A stretch of 64,000 nt of DNA from Felis catus (Eukaryota). Positions 13,142-24,930 of the stretch are shown one piece after another. The DNA is taken from the NCBI RefSeq assembly GCF_018350175.1, contig NC_058368.1, positions 91,886,001 through 91,950,000 of the forward strand. Reading direction: 5' to 3'. A program made the translations under genes and the position numbers. The notes beneath the pieces are model-generated. The model was not told where the DNA came from and did no database searches. It was given only the letters and a program-made list of their open reading frames with translations. Numbering within the stretch: the first letter of the stretch is position 1; the number at the start of each line of letters is the position of its first letter.

Positions 13142-13360
13142 GGGCGCCTGGGCGGCTCAGTCGCTCAAATGTCCAACTCTTGATTTCAGTTCAGGTCATG
13201 ATCCCAGGGTCGTGGTATCTGAGTCCCGCGTGAGGCTCTGCACTGAGCGTGGAACCTGCTTGGGATTCTCGCTCCCTTTGCCCCTCCCCACTTGCTTATA
13301 CGCTCAAGTGCACACATGCTGTTGCGCGCTCTCTCTCTCTTTTCCTCTCTTTAAAGTAAA
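13142..13360 (+). mobile_element. Can-SINE (older, SINEC_b-like)
   Basis: ggtcatgatcccagggtcgtgg variant body. Confidence 0.85.
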
Positions 13361-13779
13361 AAGAGAGAGCAAGAGAGATGGCAGAAGTTCCCAGCGTGTG
13401 GCCTGCATGGGTCAGCAAGTGTCAGCGGGTCTGCCCCCTCCCCCCACCTTGCCTGAGCCCATCCCACCAGGACCCATGGGAGATGGTTCTTGGGTTTGGT
13501 GTGCCACCCGCATGAGTAATAGGTCTGAACTCCTTGATCCTGTTTTAAATGCTTTAGTAAAGCCTCTCCCGACCCAAGAAGAGGAACCAGCCTGGAAAGG
13601 GCAGGCACCTCAGATGGCGTGAGGAGAGCATGCCAAAATTGGGCCCGAGTCATTCCAGGCCTCCAGTGCTGGTGGTAGCATGTGGCCTTTTAATTCAGTA
13701 TTTAATTCACAGGCCTCTGAGAGCCATCCCCAGGCCCTTTCCATTTTGTGTGGTTCCCAGTATTTTTTAAAATATCACA

Positions 13780-14212
13780 GGGGCGCCTGGGTGGCTCAGT
13801 CGGTTAAGTGTCTGGCTTCCTCAGCTGAGGTTATGATCTCACGGTTCATGGGTTCAAGCCCCGCCTCGGGCTAAGTGCTGACAGCTCAGAGCCTGGAGCC
13901 TGCTTCGGATTCTGTGTCTCCCTCTCTCTCTTCCCCTCCGCCACTCATGCTCTGTCTCTCTCTGTCTCTCAAAAATAAATAAACGTCAAAAAAAATAAAA
14001 ACATACTAATAACAGGATTGCCTGGAGGCTCAGTGGGTTGAGGATCCGACTTTGGCTCAGGTCATGATCTCCCAGTTCTTGAGTTTGAGCCCCCCATTGG
14101 GCCCTCTGTGGTCAGCACAGAGCCCACTTTGAATCCTCTGTCCCCTCTCTGTGTCTGTCCCACCCCTGCTCTCTCTCTCTCAAAAATAAATAAACATTAA
14201 ATATATATATAT

Positions 14213-14255
<43 letters not shown>

Positions 14256-14510
14256 ATAATAATAACAAACCCCAAGAGGTGGTACTAGACAGGGGCACCT
14301 GGGTGGCTGAGTCGGTTGAACATCTGACTTCGGCTCAGGTCATGATCTCACGGCTTGTGAGTTGGAGCCCCGCCTCGGGCTCTGTGCTCGGAGCCTGGAG
14401 CCTGCTTTGGATTCTGTGTCTTCTTCTCTCTCTGCCCCTCCCCAGCTTGTGCTTTCTCTATGTCTCTCAAAAAAATAAATAAATGTAAAAAAAAAAAAAA
14501 AAAAAAAAAA
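13780..14510 (+). mobile_element. Three tandem Can-SINEs (13780-14000, 14015-14200, 14292-14510) with (CA)n at about 14218-14253
   Basis: Three heads and tails; last has TSD gtggtactagac/gtcgtactagac. Confidence 0.9.
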
Positions 14511-14579
14511 GTCGTACTAGACCTCATGGACTATTAGAACCTCTCACCTTCAACAGCATCTTCTTGTGCAGGAGGCAGG

Positions 14580-14800
14580 CAGCAGGGTTTGGATACGCGG
14601 TCCCAGGGCCTACATTGCATGGCCCCACCTACTACTGGCTGTATGACTCGGAGGGTCACTTCATCTCTCTGTACCTCAGTGTCTCCGTCTATAAAGCAGA
14701 GATGATAATGGTAGTTTTCCTCATAGGTTCAATATGAAGAATAGCTCGGTTGATACTGTGAACCAAGATTAGTACCAACCGTAAAGCACTCAGTAAATGG
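14580..14800 (+). mobile_element. MIR
   Basis: tggctgtatgactcgg...tcacttcatctctctgtacctcagtgtctccgtctataaa...aaagcactcagtaaatg. Confidence 0.75.
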
Positions 14801-15964
14801 TACCACCTAACTTGTTTTTATTAAACACTGTTGGGGGCCACTGGAGCCATCCAGGACTATCCGCTCCTTTGGAGAGAATAACAGTGTCCACATTTGAGGC
14901 CCTTTGTGAATGTGAGGTTGGGGTCATCTGCCAGCCTGCCCCCTGCCCCCTGCGATGGACCCTGTTCGTTCAGTTGGTAAATGGCATGATATCTAAGTGG
15001 GCTTGCCAGGTCTGGTCCCTGGGGCTGTGGGAGTCCGCCACCAGCCTGGACACAACCCTGGTTCCAAGCAAACATTTGCCCTACCAGCCCAGCAGCCTGT
15101 GGCATTGGTCTTCCAAACTGCTTCAGGACCTTCCAAAAAGCAGCAGGGCTCCCAGTAGCGTGGTGGATGGTGGAGTCTGCGGGGACAATAAACCCCTTTT
15201 GGAATGAGCTGTATGTGCTGAGCAAGAAGCTATGATTTTAATTCCCAGAGGACAGCATGGCCCTCGGTACTGGCCTAGCTCAAGCAACCTGCCAGGTGGC
15301 CACAGGACACACCTGCCCCCACTCCTGCAAGGGACAGAGGGCTTCATTAGCCCAAGCAGGAAATGAGCAGGGAGAATGCTACCCTCCCCCGGGCAAGAGT
15401 TTTCAACTCCGAGGTTGGCCTGAAACTTATAAAACAAAATTATCTGGGGAGGTGTTTTGGTGATCTGATCTTAGACGCTCAAATCCAGGGACATCCCCTG
15501 CCTTCTCTGCTCAACGCGCACCCCAGCGATGGCCGGGGGGCCTCAGAAAACCGCAAGGACCTCCAGACTGAAGGTCTGGGGCATTCACATCCCCGGATCC
15601 CCAGGCCCGTCCTAGAGTTCTGGGAAGGTCAGATAAAGGGGCCTCCGATGCCCATGAGGCTATGGCCACATCCTCGGATGATGGTAAGAACTTGGCCTTG
15701 GTCACAACGACCGAAGAGTTCAGAGGACAATGCACTGGAGTCACAGAGACCTGGGTTCAGATTCCTATTCTGCCAGCTCCTCAATGTGTGACCTTGGGGA
15801 TGCCACCATCCCCTGTGACTACACAGTGCCAGCCTCTCAGTAGACATGCAGCTTCAGTCATTAGCCATGCTGCCAACAACATTTCTGTGGTCTCTGTGAG
15901 GCCCCCCCTGAGTTCTTCGTCATGCTCTGGTCCTTGGGAGCTGAGAACCCTGGGAACAGTTCCT

Positions 15965-16630
15965 TTTTTAGGTTTGGTAAAATACACACAACATAAAATT
16001 TACCATTTTAACTGGTTTTTTTAAATGTCTATTTATTTTGAGAGAGAGATAGAGAGCAAGCAGGGGAGGGGCAGAGAGAGAGAGGGAGACAGAATCCCAA
16101 GCAGGCTCCATGTTGTCAGCACAGAGCCCGATGTGGGGCTTGAACTCATGAACTGGGAGATTATGACCTGAGCTGAAATCGAGTCGGATGCTTAACCGAC
16201 TGAGCCACCCAGGTGCCCCATTTTGACTGTGTTTTTAAGTGCTATAAGCCAGTGGCATCAAGTATATTCACGATGTTGTTCAACCATCACTACTATCTGT
16301 TTCCAGAACTTTTTCATCATCCTGACAGGAAACCCTGTCCCCATTAAACACTAAGTCCCCATGCCCCCCCACCCAGTCCCTGCCAACCACCCTTCTTTTT
16401 GTCTCTATGAATTTGACAACTCCAGGTACCTCGTATGAGGGCAATCATAATAGTATTTGTCCTTTTGTGATGGGCTGATTTCACCTGACGTGATGTCCTC
16501 AAAGTTCACCCATGTTGTGGCACATGTCAAAATGCTCTCCTTTTTAAGGCTGAATAATATTCTGTTGTGTGCATATATCACATTTTCTTCATCCGTTCAC
16601 CCATCCATGGACATTTGGGTTGCTTCCACC
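15965..16630 (-). mobile_element. L1 3' end (L1MB-like) interrupted by a SINE
   Basis: acataaaatttaccattttaac...aaccatcactactatc...tttaaggctgaataatattc. Confidence 0.85.
16017..16219 (-). mobile_element. Can-SINE
   Basis: Typical head and tail. Confidence 0.93.
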
Positions 16631-19587
16631 TTTTCTGTTGCCTCTGGCAGCATTTCTTGATGTCTTTGAGCCTCATTTTCCCTAGTCTTTAGGGAGAACG
16701 GTGTGGGAAGGGATGAAAGCGTTTTCTAGAACTGTGTGTAGATTCAATAAGATGAATTACACAAAAAGCCACCTGGCCCTAGGGGCTGGCAGGAGGGAGG
16801 AGCATGGGAAGGGCTGAGGGCTGAGTGGCCCACAGAACACAGGGGCCTGGGCAGGCTGGCCCCTGCATGGCCTGGCTGGGCGGGCAGGCCCAGGGCTGCA
16901 ATAAGGCAGACATTGCTGGAGGAGGGGTCCTGGGGGTAGTTAGTGCCATCGAGGCTTGAGGAGACTGCTGCTTTGAGAGCTACATCCTTGGGCTTGACAC
17001 CTCCAAGGGAAGCCTGCTGGGGTTTGGGCCCCCCCTTTGGAGCTGGTCGGTGGCATGAGTTCTCCGGATTTTTGTGAGTTAGAAATCGTTCCATTTTGTC
17101 TGGCTTCGAACAGTGCTCGAGAAAACCATCGTTCTCCCTGGTTACTTCATGTGCAGATGGTGGTCACAGGTCATTCCACAGCAATCTGGAGCCGGGACTT
17201 GGCCTGAAAACCCAGGATTTCTTTCAGGAACCCCATTCCCAAACCATTTGACTCCTGCATCCTGATCCCCAGCTCCTTAGACCGCCATGAGGGACATGGA
17301 AAATCCCCAGACAAAGCCCTGCCCATGAAGTCCCTGAAGTAGAGCCACTGTGTCTCAAGCTTTACCCATCCTGGTGGACACATGAGAGCCCGTTTACATC
17401 AGGACCCCGTGTTCTGAAGGCCCAAAGGCCGCCTCCAGCCAGTTACTTACTGGGATCCCAAATAGGCACCTCATTTGTGCCCCCCAAGCTGGTGTGTCTG
17501 CTGACAGCTCTTCTGTTTAACAGTTCTGCAAGGCAGCTATAATTCCATCACCCCTAAAATTTCACCCTCGTGGGTTGGGAACCTAGGGCTCAGAGAGGTT
17601 GAGTAACTCCTCCAGGTAAACAGCTTACATATCACTCATGAGTCATGTCTTTTCCCCTCCTAGGCAGCCACTGCCTTGCTGGTGTCTGTGGCACACAGCC
17701 TCTGGAAGGACACCTCCGAGGTGCCACCATGGCAGCATTCACGGTTAAACACTGGGGTCCCCACAGCTGCCAAATCCCGACCCAGCAGTGTATGGGTTCC
17801 ACACAGAGGTGGGGAAAACAGCAGAAGCTGGTCTTCATCATGGATGGATTTTCCAGCTGGAAACCATTTTTCCAAGAGCATCATCCTTGGGCAAGACCTG
17901 TCTTCCCCCGGAAAGCCTCAGTTTCCCCATCTGTATGTAGGCAGGCCACTCAAAACATGCTTCCAGATGCTTCCCAGGGCAACCTGGATGTCTGAATCTG
18001 TGCTAGCCATGGGAGAGGTTTTCCCCCACTCCAGAAAGGAAAGAAAAGAAGAAAAACAATGAGGAGAAAGCTCTGGGGCAAACCACTGGGCCAGGGCCCT
18101 CCTTTGTTTGTTTGCACAAAGGGTTGACCAGTTGTCAATCTGTGAGTTGCTCACACAGAAGACTCCAGTATCTGGTTTGGGCTGGCCTCAGAGTGGGTTC
18201 AAAAGCATCAGGCTCCTTCTCTTTTTCTACCAAGGCCCTTTCATTTGGGAGTCCTGTGAAGCCTGCCAGGCCTGCAGTCCCACAGGCCCTGGGTGCCCAG
18301 CAATACCCAGGCCCTGCCCCACTCCAGGCCCGCTGGGAACTTGTCCATAGCCTCTGGGAGGTGGGGGTCCCACTCTGCCTGGGCAGCCACTCGCCTGCTT
18401 AGCACCCCTCTTCATCGAGCCTTCTGCTAACCGTGCCACCTGGGAGAACCACCAGACAAATCCATTAGTTCAGCCGCCTCGGCAAAGGCAAATGTCTTCA
18501 TCTGGCTTGAGTTATGCAAGATGAGACTTTTACAGTCAGACCCAGTAGTGACCAGCAGAAAGCCACGGTATGCTTTAGCTCTCAGGCCCAGGAAGAGCCT
18601 GGCTCACTCTTCCACTCATGGGCCCCTTTTTTGCCATGTCCCTCAAGATCTCAGCCTGAGGCAGAACCAAGCATGAGCCTCTGTGACCTGGTGAAAGCCC
18701 GGAAGCCAGAAGCCAGGGCGCTGGGCCTTGCGAGTGAACGTGGGCCTTTTCCCTCCTACAAGCAGAGGAGCGTGATGCTGTGTGTGCCAGTGGGGGTTCC
18801 TGTTCCCACACTCTCGCTTTCCCTGAAAACAGATGTGCCCTGAGAGGAGAGAAGGCCTAACACCAGGCCAGCTGTACAAGGTTCCCAGGCCCAGTCAGCC
18901 CCATACAGGAGCTGGGAAGGAGACCGGGATGTATGTTTTGGCCTCAGTGGGCCTGAGATGTCAACGGGGAGATGTCAGGTTGGCAGGTGACCGGACAACA
19001 TGGGCATCACAGGTCCCATCTGAGGTCATGGACATGGAGGTGCTCCGTGAACTGCAAATCCCTCACCAGTCTGTTATGAGAGTGCCTTACCTAGTCGACA
19101 TGGCCCTTGGGCGACTCCAGTACAAAACTCAAGGGCTGTGTCCAGTATCAAGGAAAATCAAGGGCCATGTAACTGGCATGAGCTTCTGCTCTCAAAACTC
19201 AGGGGTGCATCCTTTATATGGACAAAATATCTTCAGCAAAGGTGCCAAGGCTATACAGTGGGGAAAAGACAGTCTCTTCAACAAATGGTGTTGGGAAACT
19301 GAATATCCACAGGCAAAAGAATGAAGCGGCAGGGCCCTTACCTCACACCATAGATAAAAATTAACTCAAAAGGTTAAAAAGGCAACAAAAGCAAAGATAG
19401 ACAAACTGAGTTACATCAAACTTAAAAACTCCAGCCCAGAAGAGGGAAAAAACAGCACAAAGGCAACTTGCAGAATGGGAGATGATGTTTGCATACCACG
19501 TGCCTGATAAAGGGTTAATATCCAGAAGATGGGAACTCCTGCCACTCAACGATGACCACAAAAATCCAACTAAAAAATGAGCAAAGG

Positions 19588-19805
19588 GTGGGCACCTGGG
19601 TGGCTCAGTCAGTTGAGTGTCTGACTTTGGCTCAGGTCATGATCTCACAGTTCTTGGGTTCGAGCCCTGCGTAGGGCTCTGTGCTGGCAACTCAGAGCCT
19701 GGAGCCTGCTTTGGATTCTGTGTGTGTCTCTCTCTCTTCCCCTCTCACTCTCTGTCTCTCTCTTTCTTAAAAAAAATAAATAAACAAACATTAAAAAAAT
19801 TAAAA
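19588..19805 (+). mobile_element. Can-SINE
   Basis: Typical; inserted in L1. Confidence 0.9.
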
Positions 19806-20306
19806 CAAAATGGGTAAAGGGCTTGCTTGAATAGACATTTCTCCAAAGAAGACATACACATACAAATAGACAACAGGTATATGAAGAGATGCTTGACATC
19901 ACTAATTATTAAGGAAATGCAAATTAAAACCACAATGAGATATCACATCATACTCATTAGAGTGGCCACTACCAAAAAGCAAAACAAAACAAGACAAAAC
20001 AAAATAACAAGGGTCAGCGAGCCCGTAGAGAAATTGAAGCCTTTGTGCACTGTTGGTGGGAACATAAAATGGTATTGTCAGCATAGAAGACAGGATGGAG
20101 GTTCCTCAAAAAATTAAAAATGGAATTACTGTATGACCCAGCAACACTGCTTGCAAGTATATAGCTAAAAGCATTGACACCCGGATCTTGAAGAGATGGT
20201 TGCACACGCATGTTCATTGCAGTGCTGTTCACAATGGTCAAGAGGTAGAAGCAACCCAAGTGTCCATCACCAGATGAGGTGAATGGATCAAGAAAATGTG
20301 GTGTAT

Positions 20307-20645
20307 GGGGGCGCCCAGGGGGTTCAGTTGGTTAAGTGTCCGATTCTTTTTTCTTTTTTTTAAAGCATCCGATTCTTGATTTCGGCTCACAGTTCGTGAG
20401 TTTGAGCCCCACTTTGGGCTCTGTGATGATAGTGCAGAGCCTGCTTGAGATTCTCTCTCCTTCTCTCTCTGTTCCTCCTCTACTTGTGCTTTCTCTCTTA
20501 TTCAAAATTAATAGTGGGTGATGGGTATTGAAGAGGGCACCTTTTGGGATGAGCACTGGGTGTTGTATGGAAACCAATTTGACAATAAATTTCATATATA
20601 AAAAAAAGAAAGAAATATGCAAAATTAATAAATAAAACTTTAAAA
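20307..20645 (+). mobile_element. Can-SINE carrying two secondary insertions
   Basis: T-tract with TSD at 20334-20377; L1 3' piece at 20514-20619. Confidence 0.88.
20514..20619 (+). mobile_element. Short L1_Fc-like 3' terminus
   Basis: gatgagcactgggtgttgtatggaaaccaatttgacaataaatttc; TSD caaaattaata. Confidence 0.88.
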
Positions 20646-21143
20646 AGCGGTGTATGCTTACAGTGGAATATTCACCTTAAAAAAAAAAAAAAGAAGGAAA
20701 TTGTCACCTGCTACCACATGGGTGAACTTTGAGGACATTACATTAAGTAAAACAAGCCAGTCACAAAAAGACAAATACTGTATGATTGCATTCTATGAGA
20801 CACCTAGAACAAGCAAACTCTAGAAACAATGCAGAATGGTGGTTGCCCGGGGCTGGAGAATAGGGAAAGGGGAGTTGTTCCATAGATAGAGTTTCGAATC
20901 CTGCAAGATAAGAAAGTCCTAGAGCTCCATTGCACTATGTGTGTGTTGTTAACACTTCTGTACTGGACACTTAAAAATGGCTAAGATGGTACATTTTATG
21001 TTGTGTCTTTGAACACAATGAAAATTTGTTTGAATGGCAAACTCAAGAGTGCAAGAAATAGTGCATTTCTCATCTTTAATAAGTTATGCTTAACCATGCT
21101 GACTTCAAACACCCATCCATGAGACTGGCAAGAAATCCATCCT

Positions 21144-21360
21144 CGGGGCGCCTCGGCGGCTCAGTCGGTTAAGTGCCCGACTTCGGCTCAAGTCATGATC
21201 TTCTGGTTCATGGGTTCGAGCCCTGCAACGGGCTCTGTACTGATAGCTCAGAGCCTGGAGCCTGCTTCAGATTCTGTGTCTCCCTGTCTCTCTTCCCCTC
21301 CCCCACTTGCACTCTCTCTGTCAAAAATAAATAAACATTAAAAAAAAAAAATAAAGAAAG
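21144..21360 (+). mobile_element. Can-SINE
   Basis: TSD aagaaatccatcctc. Confidence 0.93.
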
Positions 21361-22102
21361 AAAGAAATCCATCCTCACCCACCCCCAGGCCTGCAAAGGT
21401 TTTAGAGTCAACATAGCACTGAGGGGCATCTTCCACATCCAGCAGAGTCTCTCTCTTCTCTCTCTCTTTTCCTTAAACATGCTCCCTCCTCTTCATCCAG
21501 GACTGTGCCTCAACAAAAGTCTAGAAGTGCCGCTGACCTGGGGCTGCTTCTGTTTTTATGCCCAGTCCCGATCCCTGGGCCAGGGTGCCCCATGACTGCA
21601 CGCTTGACAACAGGAGAAAGGAAGGAAAGTTCATACACATGAATTTCTTAGTAAACCATCCTGCCTCAGACCTGATTTGTGGCCAGCCTCAGTCTCTCCT
21701 CTGTGGTTGTGCTGAGGGATTTTGGAGGGAGTTCAAGGTCGACTTTTATAGGAAGGGGCAGTTCCTTGTAATACAGGCATAGCCTGTGGATCTGCGGATC
21801 TACCCTATCCGTGTCCCACCAGGCCGCCATGCAGTGGGTGGGCACCGTGGAAGGAGAGGTATCACATGCCATCTCAAATGGAAGTCTAGTACACATGACT
21901 TCACTTCTGCATACCTTTTCCCCCAGCACCTGAGAAAAAGGACCCCTGACCTGGGGCAGAGGGGCTGGCTGGTCAGCATTCCCCTCCTTCAACGTTGTGG
22001 TTGCTGAGTGGGGGGGACCCACGTGGGCAGAGCAGGGAGAAGGCGGAGGCCAGGGTGGTCCGCGTCACAAATTCAGAAAGGCTTAAAAACCTGTAGATGG
22101 AG

Positions 22103-22322
22103 GGGGTGCCTGGGTGGCTCAGCTGGTTGAGCATCCGACTCTTGGTTCGGGCTCAGGTCATGATCTCGTGGTTTGTGAATTCGAGCCCCTCACTGGGCTC
22201 CTCGCTGAAGGTTGGGGGCCTGCTTGGGATTCTCTCTCTCCCTCTCTTATCTCCCCCTCCCCAGCTCGTGCTCTGTCTCTCAAAATAAATGAATAAATAA
22301 ATAAACTTAAAAAAAAAAAAAA
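22103..22322 (+). mobile_element. Can-SINE
   Basis: Typical; degenerate TSD ending tagatgga. Confidence 0.9.
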
Positions 22323-22576
22323 CTATAGATGGAGGACATTGCACATTGGTGTGGCCATTACCTGCGATCAATTAGGAGAAATTCATGAGCAGCTCCCCCT
22401 GGTCCGTGGGGGAGGGAGGTGCCAAAGGCTCTAGCCGGCGAAGTAAGAACAGTCAGTCAGTGGACAGGACGGCGCCTGATGTTACTGAGTTTCGGCATTT
22501 GGAAGCCATGATAGTGTCTCTATGGGATGTGTTGTCTCCGATGTTTTATGTTAGGGAATATTAAAAAGCACTTGTT

Positions 22577-22765
22577 GTCCGACTTCAGCCAGGTCACGAT
22601 CTCACGCTCCGTGAGTTCGAGCCCCGCGTCAGGCTCTGGGCTGATGGCTCAGAGCCTGGAGCCTGTTTCCGATTCTGTGTGTGTCTCTCTCTCTCTGCCC
22701 CTCCCCCGTTCATGCTCTGTCTCTCTCTGTCCCAAAAATAAATAAACATTGAAAAAAAAAAAAAC
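22577..22765 (+). mobile_element. 5'-truncated young SINEC_Fc
   Basis: Starts at gtccgacttcagccaggtcacg; flanked by aaaagcacttgt repeats. Confidence 0.9.
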
Positions 22766-23043
22766 TTTAAAAAGCACTTGTCAGGCCTTTGGCAAGAGGA
22801 CTCTCAGTTTTGGCTTTATTCTTCTCCTAGACCAGGTTTCTAGCTCCAGACTCTTCTGCCTCCTGAGTCTCTGGGTAGTCAGTCTCTTCAGGTGGGGAAT
22901 GACTTGTGAGAGACTAAGTGAACCACGGATGTGAGGGCGGTGGGCAGGCCCGGGGACGCCAGGGTGGGGGGGAGGTGGGGGTTGCTGCTCCCAAGCCCAC
23001 TGGCTTCCTTTCTCAACCAGTCTGTCCTTGTTTTCCTGTCTAG

Positions 23044-23088
23044 GACCCCCCGGACGGCGCGGCAAGGCTGGAAGAAGAGGCGACCCTG
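23044..23088 (+). CDS. COL23A1: Collagen XXIII alpha-1 exon (probable exon 3), 45 nt, phase 1-1: (G)PPGRRGKAGRRGDP(G)
   Basis: ccttgttttcctgtctag|GACCCCCCGGACGGCGCGGCAAGGCTGGAAGAAGAGGCGACCCTG|gtgagt; Gly every third codon. Confidence 0.95.
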
Positions 23089-24769
23089 GTGAGTCCCCAC
23101 GTTTGCTTAGTTTCCAAACCCAGGCCTGGAAGTCTGCCCTCATCGAGACCTGGGACCTGGCTGGAGGTGCCAGTCCCCGCACGCCTCCCCCCCTCCATAA
23201 CACAGGATGCGTGGCCCTGGGGCCAGGTCTTCCTCTGACTTCCAACTGGCCACTGTCCCCGGAGCCACAGTGTCAGGTACCTCCTTTCTTGGCTTCTTGG
23301 CATCTGCAACGCCAGTGACAGTCCCTCTGCGCCCTTGGCCATTCCCTGAATGTCGTGATCAGCCTCTGAAACACTCTCTTCCCTTTGTGGGGGCCACTCA
23401 TAGTTCCACCAGACCCCTGTCTCTCCACGCAATGCGACAGCCCTCCTGTGTGTGTCCCCTACCCTCCCCAGGCCTGACAGAGTGCCAAGAGGGGCGTCCT
23501 CCACCTTCCTGCCACACCCTTCTGCCACCGTCATTTCACCCAAAATGCACTCACCCTACACACCCCCATGGCAGTGAAGGTACCCACACCCACACCCTGT
23601 CCCCACCCAGCTCCCCACCTCCCCTTCCATCATCCAAGGTCTCTTGGTGAGCTCTGGCCTGTCTTTTCTCCCTCATCTCCCACCCTCCCTCTCTGCCTGT
23701 TCTCTGGGACCCTTACCTCTCAAACCAGCCTGCCAGAGATGCTCTTCTGCCCTTTCTGACACCCCTGTGGCTCCAGCTCTCTTGTGACACTGATGACGCC
23801 TCCACCCAAGTCCTCTCCAGCCCGGAGGTTGGACTTTGCCCCAATGAACCCAGCAACCCCCACCTGCTCTCCTCTGGCTCCCTGTCATCATCATCGTCAT
23901 GGGGAGACTCCAGCCACCAGTTCCCTGTGCAGACTCCAGGACAGCAACCCTGACCTCCCTTCCTTTCCCCATCCCCCTTGCCAAGTCCCTGTCAATCTCT
24001 CCCCTCTACCTGGGCTCTTGGGCCAAGTTCATTACTCTTTGCCCTTAAAGCTAGTTCAGGCATCTCCTCCAAAAAGCCTTCTCTAATCCCGCTGGCTGGG
24101 GGCTCTATCCACCCCCCAACCCCCACCTGAGTCTTCAGCACCCAGTCCGGAACCTGGCACACAGCAGGCTCCGGAACGAACATGCACAGAGTGAATGAGC
24201 ACATGCTCAGCCTCTAAGCAACTTCACCAGGAGAGTGTGCTGGTGATGCCAGAGGGACCCACCACCAAGCAAATTGCACCCCAGGGCGAAATGGGGAAGT
24301 TCTCTCCTTGAATCAGACTCTTCTCCCTGGCGCTGGGCATGGGCTTCTCTCCCCTCCTACTGCTGCCTGCTTGCCTTATCTAATTCCTTACTGAGAGGAC
24401 TTCCAGATAAACTCCCCAGAGTTCATTACTAGGAAATGCCCTTCACGGTTCTCTGTTTGCTTTGACTTCCAGAGCTGAAGGCTGCTTTGTGTTAGAGTGC
24501 CACGACTTTTCTTTACTATTTTTTTTTCTTCATTGGTTTTGTGTGTAATCACTCCCCCAACACACACACACACACCACCGGCTCTCCAAAAACACACTTC
24601 ACCACTCAGTCCTCCTTTCTACCATGTAAAAGGTTTCGTTGCATTTTATTGTAGGCTTCTGATGCCCTTTAATGCATAGTGACTTTTTTGAGAATGAAGT
24701 ATAATATTACTCCAAAAATCCATTCGAATTATGACTCGGGTTTAACACAGTCTAAAAGTCAAAGAAAGA

Positions 24770-24930
24770 CCAGGATTTACTTGGCCTCTGTGCCGGGTCC
24801 TTTCAAGTCCTTCATCTCGTGTGACCCTCACAGAATGCTGCAAAAGATAAGAATATGTTATCATCCCCATTTTGTAGATAAGGAAACTGAGGCTCCAAGG
24901 GGAGAAGTGTCTTGTCTAAGGTCAGCTGCT
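24770..24930 (-). mobile_element. MIR
   Basis: tatcatccccattttgtagataaggaaactgaggctc. Confidence 0.8.

Larger units (their letters stand above)
19210..21020 (+). mobile_element. L1 ORF2 C-terminus and 3' UTR relic, interrupted by two SINEs
   Basis: Translates in pieces to [23 protein letters not shown] and NRHFSKEDI...[13 protein letters not shown] (L1 ORF2). Confidence 0.9.

Noticed and set aside
18514..18574. ATG-initiated candidate alternative first exon ending ACG|gtatgc
   Set aside because: Phase 0 does not fit the phase-1 exon 3; no promoter evidence
23028..23318. 96-aa ORF containing GPPGRRGK
   Set aside because: Only 23044-23088 is exonic; the rest is intron read-through past a consensus donor
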